From contig JAAXHB010000004.1 in assembly GCA_012271125.1 (NCBI GenBank), positions 1 through 34,703 of the forward strand: 34,703 nucleotides of DNA, in the 5' to 3' direction. The notes under the pieces were generated by a model, which made no database searches, had not been told where the DNA came from, and was given only the letters and a program-made list of their open reading frames with translations. Below, piece after piece: positions 32,006 through 34,703 of this stretch. How positions within the stretch are numbered: position 1 is the first letter of the stretch; every line of letters starts with the position of its first letter. Source of the DNA: Actinomycetota bacterium. GTDB lineage: Bacteria; Actinomycetota; Acidimicrobiia; Acidimicrobiales; Aldehydirespiratoraceae. Position numbers and translations under genes: made by a program.

Positions 32006-34703
32006 AATCTCTAGACGTGATCCCCCAGCACACAATGTCGTTGTCAGAAGTCAGAGCACACGAGTGAAGTCGCCCCAAAGCAACTGCGGTGTAGTTGGAA
32101 CCTTCAGGCGGTGAAGCCTTGCCATAGAAGTCACTACCCCAGCACGCAAGCGTGCCGTCGGTTTTAACGGCGCACGCATGATCATTCCCAACGGCAACCT
32201 TGTCATAGTCGGTCCCACCAGGCGGCGTTTTAAGGTTGTTGAGTGCGTTGCTACCCCAGCAGGCAAGGCTGCCGCTTTCACGCACACCACATCCGGTATA
32301 GCCACCACCAGCAACATGAGTGAAATTGCCACCTTCGGGTGAGGTAACCCCTTGAGCTAACAAGTCGATTCCCCAACACGCCAGCTCTTTGTCGGATTTG
32401 AGGCCACAGTAGTGAGACAAACCCGCTGAGATCTGCGAGAAAGCTGTACCTGATGGCGGCTGGTCACCTTGCAGCGACCCCCAACATTCCACACTGCCAT
32501 CGGCTTTACGTGCGCACGCGGAAGCATCAGCGGTTGCTACCTCTTCAAAGTCCCCGTTGTTTGGAGTCGCTCTGTTGCCGGTGTTGCTTCCCCAACAGGC
32601 AACCTCGCTGTCTGTTTTGACTCCACAGCCAAATTGAGCAGACAGCGAAAGGCTGGAAAACAAACCGTCCATTGAAGAAGGTGCCTGATTTAGAGAATTG
32701 TTGCCCCAACAAGTAACTGATTTGTTACGAGTGATCCCGCAAGAGGAATGCTCACTCGCGCCTACAAAGTCGAAATCCTCATCGGACGGCTCACCTTGCT
32801 CACTATATGGCGAACCCCAGCATTGCCGTATTCCGCTTGTCCTCAAGGCGCAATTGCTGTCAGCAATCACCGCAAGTGTTGAGTAGTTACCCAAAGGTGC
32901 CTGCGTGTTGTCGTTGTTTTCGAGCCCCCAGCATTCAATCCCGCCAGTATCTCGAATCGCGCAGTTGTGGTTCACTCCAACTTTCACAGCTGAGAACGGC
33001 CCATTCCGATCATCTCTTTTAGCGCCGACCTTGCTGCTCCAACAAATGACTTTGCCATCGGATTTTCTAACTGCGCAAGCATGTTCTCGACTGACATCAA
33101 CAGATGCGAAGCTGCCGACGGGTTCGTTTTGCAAGCCGCCAAAGTTGCTGCCCCAACAAATAAGATCATCGTTTGAGTCAACGGCACAAGCGGCTCTGTT
33201 GCCGGAACTAACGTACTTGTGGCCCCCCTCTGTGGGATGATTATTTCGGGCACCATCGGTGTTTGAGCCCCAGCATTCAACTTCTTTGCTTGTGGTTTTG
33301 ATCCCACAGGTCAGGTTGCTACCTGCGTCGATCATTTCATATTTGTCAGGTGGATCGGTTGACTCGCCATCACCGTTATCGCCCCAGCATGTGACGGTGT
33401 TGTCGTTTTTTCGTGCGCACACATGATCTATCCCGCCGGTGATCTCTACAAAATCGGTGCCTCCAGGGATGGCGCCAGTTACAACGTCGGTTCCTTGACA
33501 CTCAATGGCACTCTTTGCGTTAATGCCGCACCAGTAGTTGTTCCCTATGGCAATTTGTTGGTAGGTCTTGCGCACAAGAACATTGATGGTGACGGTCGCG
33601 GGGCTGCGCGAGTCATCAGTTTCGAATTGAAACGACGTCTGGGGAAGGATGTCGTCATTATCGGCGATTGTGTAGGTGAACTTGTCGTTGGTGGAGTCAT
33701 ACGGGCTCAAAGTGCCCACACCGATTGAACTGACAACGTTGACGTTGTTACAACCTCCGTTACAAGTTGAGCCTTGAAGGATGTCGGACAAGTCGACGCT
33801 AAAGGATCGATTATCGAGGTGTTCAATGTTGTAGGTCTTGTCGATGAGGACATCTACAGGGTCTTGTGTGATTGTGATTTGAATGGTGACAGTGGCATCT
33901 GCGACCGAAGCATCAGTGGCGTAGTCAAAGCTCAACGACGACGGAGCCTGCACGCCTTGTGGCACTGTGAAAATGATCCGATTCTTTCCTGTGTCCCAGC
34001 GGGCACCGCCGACAGACGGATCACGAGTAACGACAACATTGTCACATCCTGCTTGGCACCAGTCCCCGTCAAGAACGTCGATTTCTTCATCAATAGCAGC
34101 TAGTCCTGCTCTTTCGATGACGACTAGATCATTGATAAGGCGATCCGCCGCCGCCGGCAAAGTCGTTGTCGTCGTGGTGGTAGTCGTTGTTGCCGCTGGA
34201 CGCCGCACGGGAACAGCTGTCGTGCGCGCAGTTGTAGTCGTCGCCGTGACCTCAACCGGACCGACAACAGGCGCCGCGCTTCGTGCCATCGATCCCCTGG
34301 TCAGCATTGTGCGCAGCTGACGCTGCGTAATCGTTGCCCCATCACAATAGTTAGACCCGTCACCACAGCCAATAGTGATCCCAGCTGCAGCTAACGCTGC
34401 TATCTCACTTGCAAAGCGATGCCCATCGCCTATATCAGCAAAAGCCGGTCGCACTGCCGGCACCGGCAAATCAAAAGCCCGCACCAAAAACGCCGACATC
34501 TGCCCACGCGTCACCGTGTCATCAGGACAAAACCGACTCCCATCACCACAACCCTGAGTAACCCCAAGCTCAGCAGCCCGTTCTACATAAGCAACATACG
34601 GGTGACCATCACCAACATCGCTAAATCGACGCACCGCCGCAGGTGTTGGCTCAATGCCGTTATCTACAACCTGAACAATCCAAACCGCCGCCAACCACCG
34701 CGG
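32004..34703 (-). CDS. SLH-domain surface protein with two Ig-like domains and 14 BLIP-II/RCC1-like repeats; 5-prime end runs off the window
   Basis: The frame is open to the window end (PRW before the listed TTG at 34694). Two SLH-like modules are present (FSDVGDGHPYVAYVERAAELGVTQGCGDGSRFCPDDTVTRGQMSAFLVRAF and FADIGDGHRFASEIAALAAAGITIGCGDGSNYCD). They are followed by poly-Thr, two beta-sandwich-like modules of about 90 aa, and then 14 units of about 37 aa matching G..H.C....dG...CWG. Confidence 0.8.
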   Translation of the reverse strand, partial: PRWLAAVWIVQVVDNGIEPTPAAVRRFSDVGDGHPYVAYVERAAELGVTQGCGDGSRFCPDDTVTRGQMSAFLVRAFDLPVPAVRPAFADIGDGHRFASEIAALAAAGITIGCGDGSNYCDGATITQRQLRTMLTRGSMARSAAPVVGPVEVTATTTTARTTAVPVRRPAATTTTTTTTTTLPAAADRLINDLVVIERAGLAAIDEEIDVLDGDWCQAGCDNVVVTRDPSVGGARWDTGKNRIIFTVPQGVQAPSSLSFDYATDASVADATVTIQITITQDPVDVLIDKTYNIEHLDNRSFSVDLSDILQGSTCNGGCNNVNVVSSIGVGTLSPYDSTNDKFTYTIADNDDILPQTSFQFETDDSRSPATVTINVLVRKTYQQIAIGNNYWCGINAKSAIECQGTDVVTGAIPGGTDFVEITGGIDHVCARKNDNTVTCWGDNGDGESTDPPDKYEMIDAGSNLTCGIKTTSKEVECWGSNTDGARNNHPTEGGHKYVSSGNRAACAVDSNDDLICWGSNFGGLQNEPVGSFASVDVSREHACAVRKSDGKVICWSSKVGAKRDDRNGPFSAVKVGVNHNCAIRDTGGIECWGLENNDNTQAPLGNYSTLAVIADSNCALRTSGIRQCWGSPYSEQGEPSDEDFDFVGASEHSSCGITRNKSVTCWGNNSLNQAPSSMDGLFSSLSLSAQFGCGVKTDSEVACWGSNTGNRATPNNGDFEEVATADASACARKADGSVECWGSLQGDQPPSGTAFSQISAGLSHYCGLKSDKELACWGIDLLAQGVTSPEGGNFTHVAGGGYTGCGVRESGSLACWGSNALNNLKTPPGGTDYDKVAVGNDHACAVKTDGTLACWGSDFYGKASPPEGSNYTAVALGRLHSCALTSDNDIVCWGITSRD

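Noticed and set aside
27869-34703. A genomic island or prophage integrated at tRNA-Lys
   Set aside because: I could find no integrase, recombinase, phage or transposase gene and no duplicated tRNA 3-prime segment by eye. Only a qualitative drop in GC in the last gene points that way.

Overview
The window looks like a chromosomal segment from a high-GC actinobacterium. A clear MshA-type mycothiol glycosyltransferase supports that assignment, and many proteins carry acidic low-complexity tails. It may be a whole contig, because the CDSs at both edges run off the window. The core is a co-directional minus-strand respiratory array of about 22 kb (2644-24427). It begins with an atypical Rieske/cytochrome b cluster: a 3-TM protein, a cytoplasmic 2[4Fe-4S] ferredoxin translationally coupled to a split cytochrome b6, a subunit IV-like protein, a Rieske protein and a TM-anchored dihaem cytochrome c. 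An orphan 343-aa membrane protein follows, and then a complete nuoA-N operon. The flanks hold a 5-prime-truncated pheT, a moaD-like/mshA/YbjN-like unit, a divergent histidine phosphatase with a DUF45 peptidase, and tRNA-Lys(UUU). Downstream of the tRNA lies a block of exported or envelope proteins. It ends in a 5-prime-truncated SLH-anchored protein with two Ig-like domains and 14 short Cys-paired BLIP-II/RCC1-like blades. The window also has an unusually high density of short perfect or near-perfect tandem duplications (periods of 12, 14, 15, 20, 33 and 108 bp). Several sit exactly on start codons, stop codons or conserved motifs. I found no CRISPR array, integrase, transposase or recognisable defence genes. 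The best candidate for an undescribed system is the ferredoxin-coupled b6-type Rieske/cyt b complex fused in line with complex I. All family calls rest on motif recognition by eye and need HMM or BLAST confirmation.
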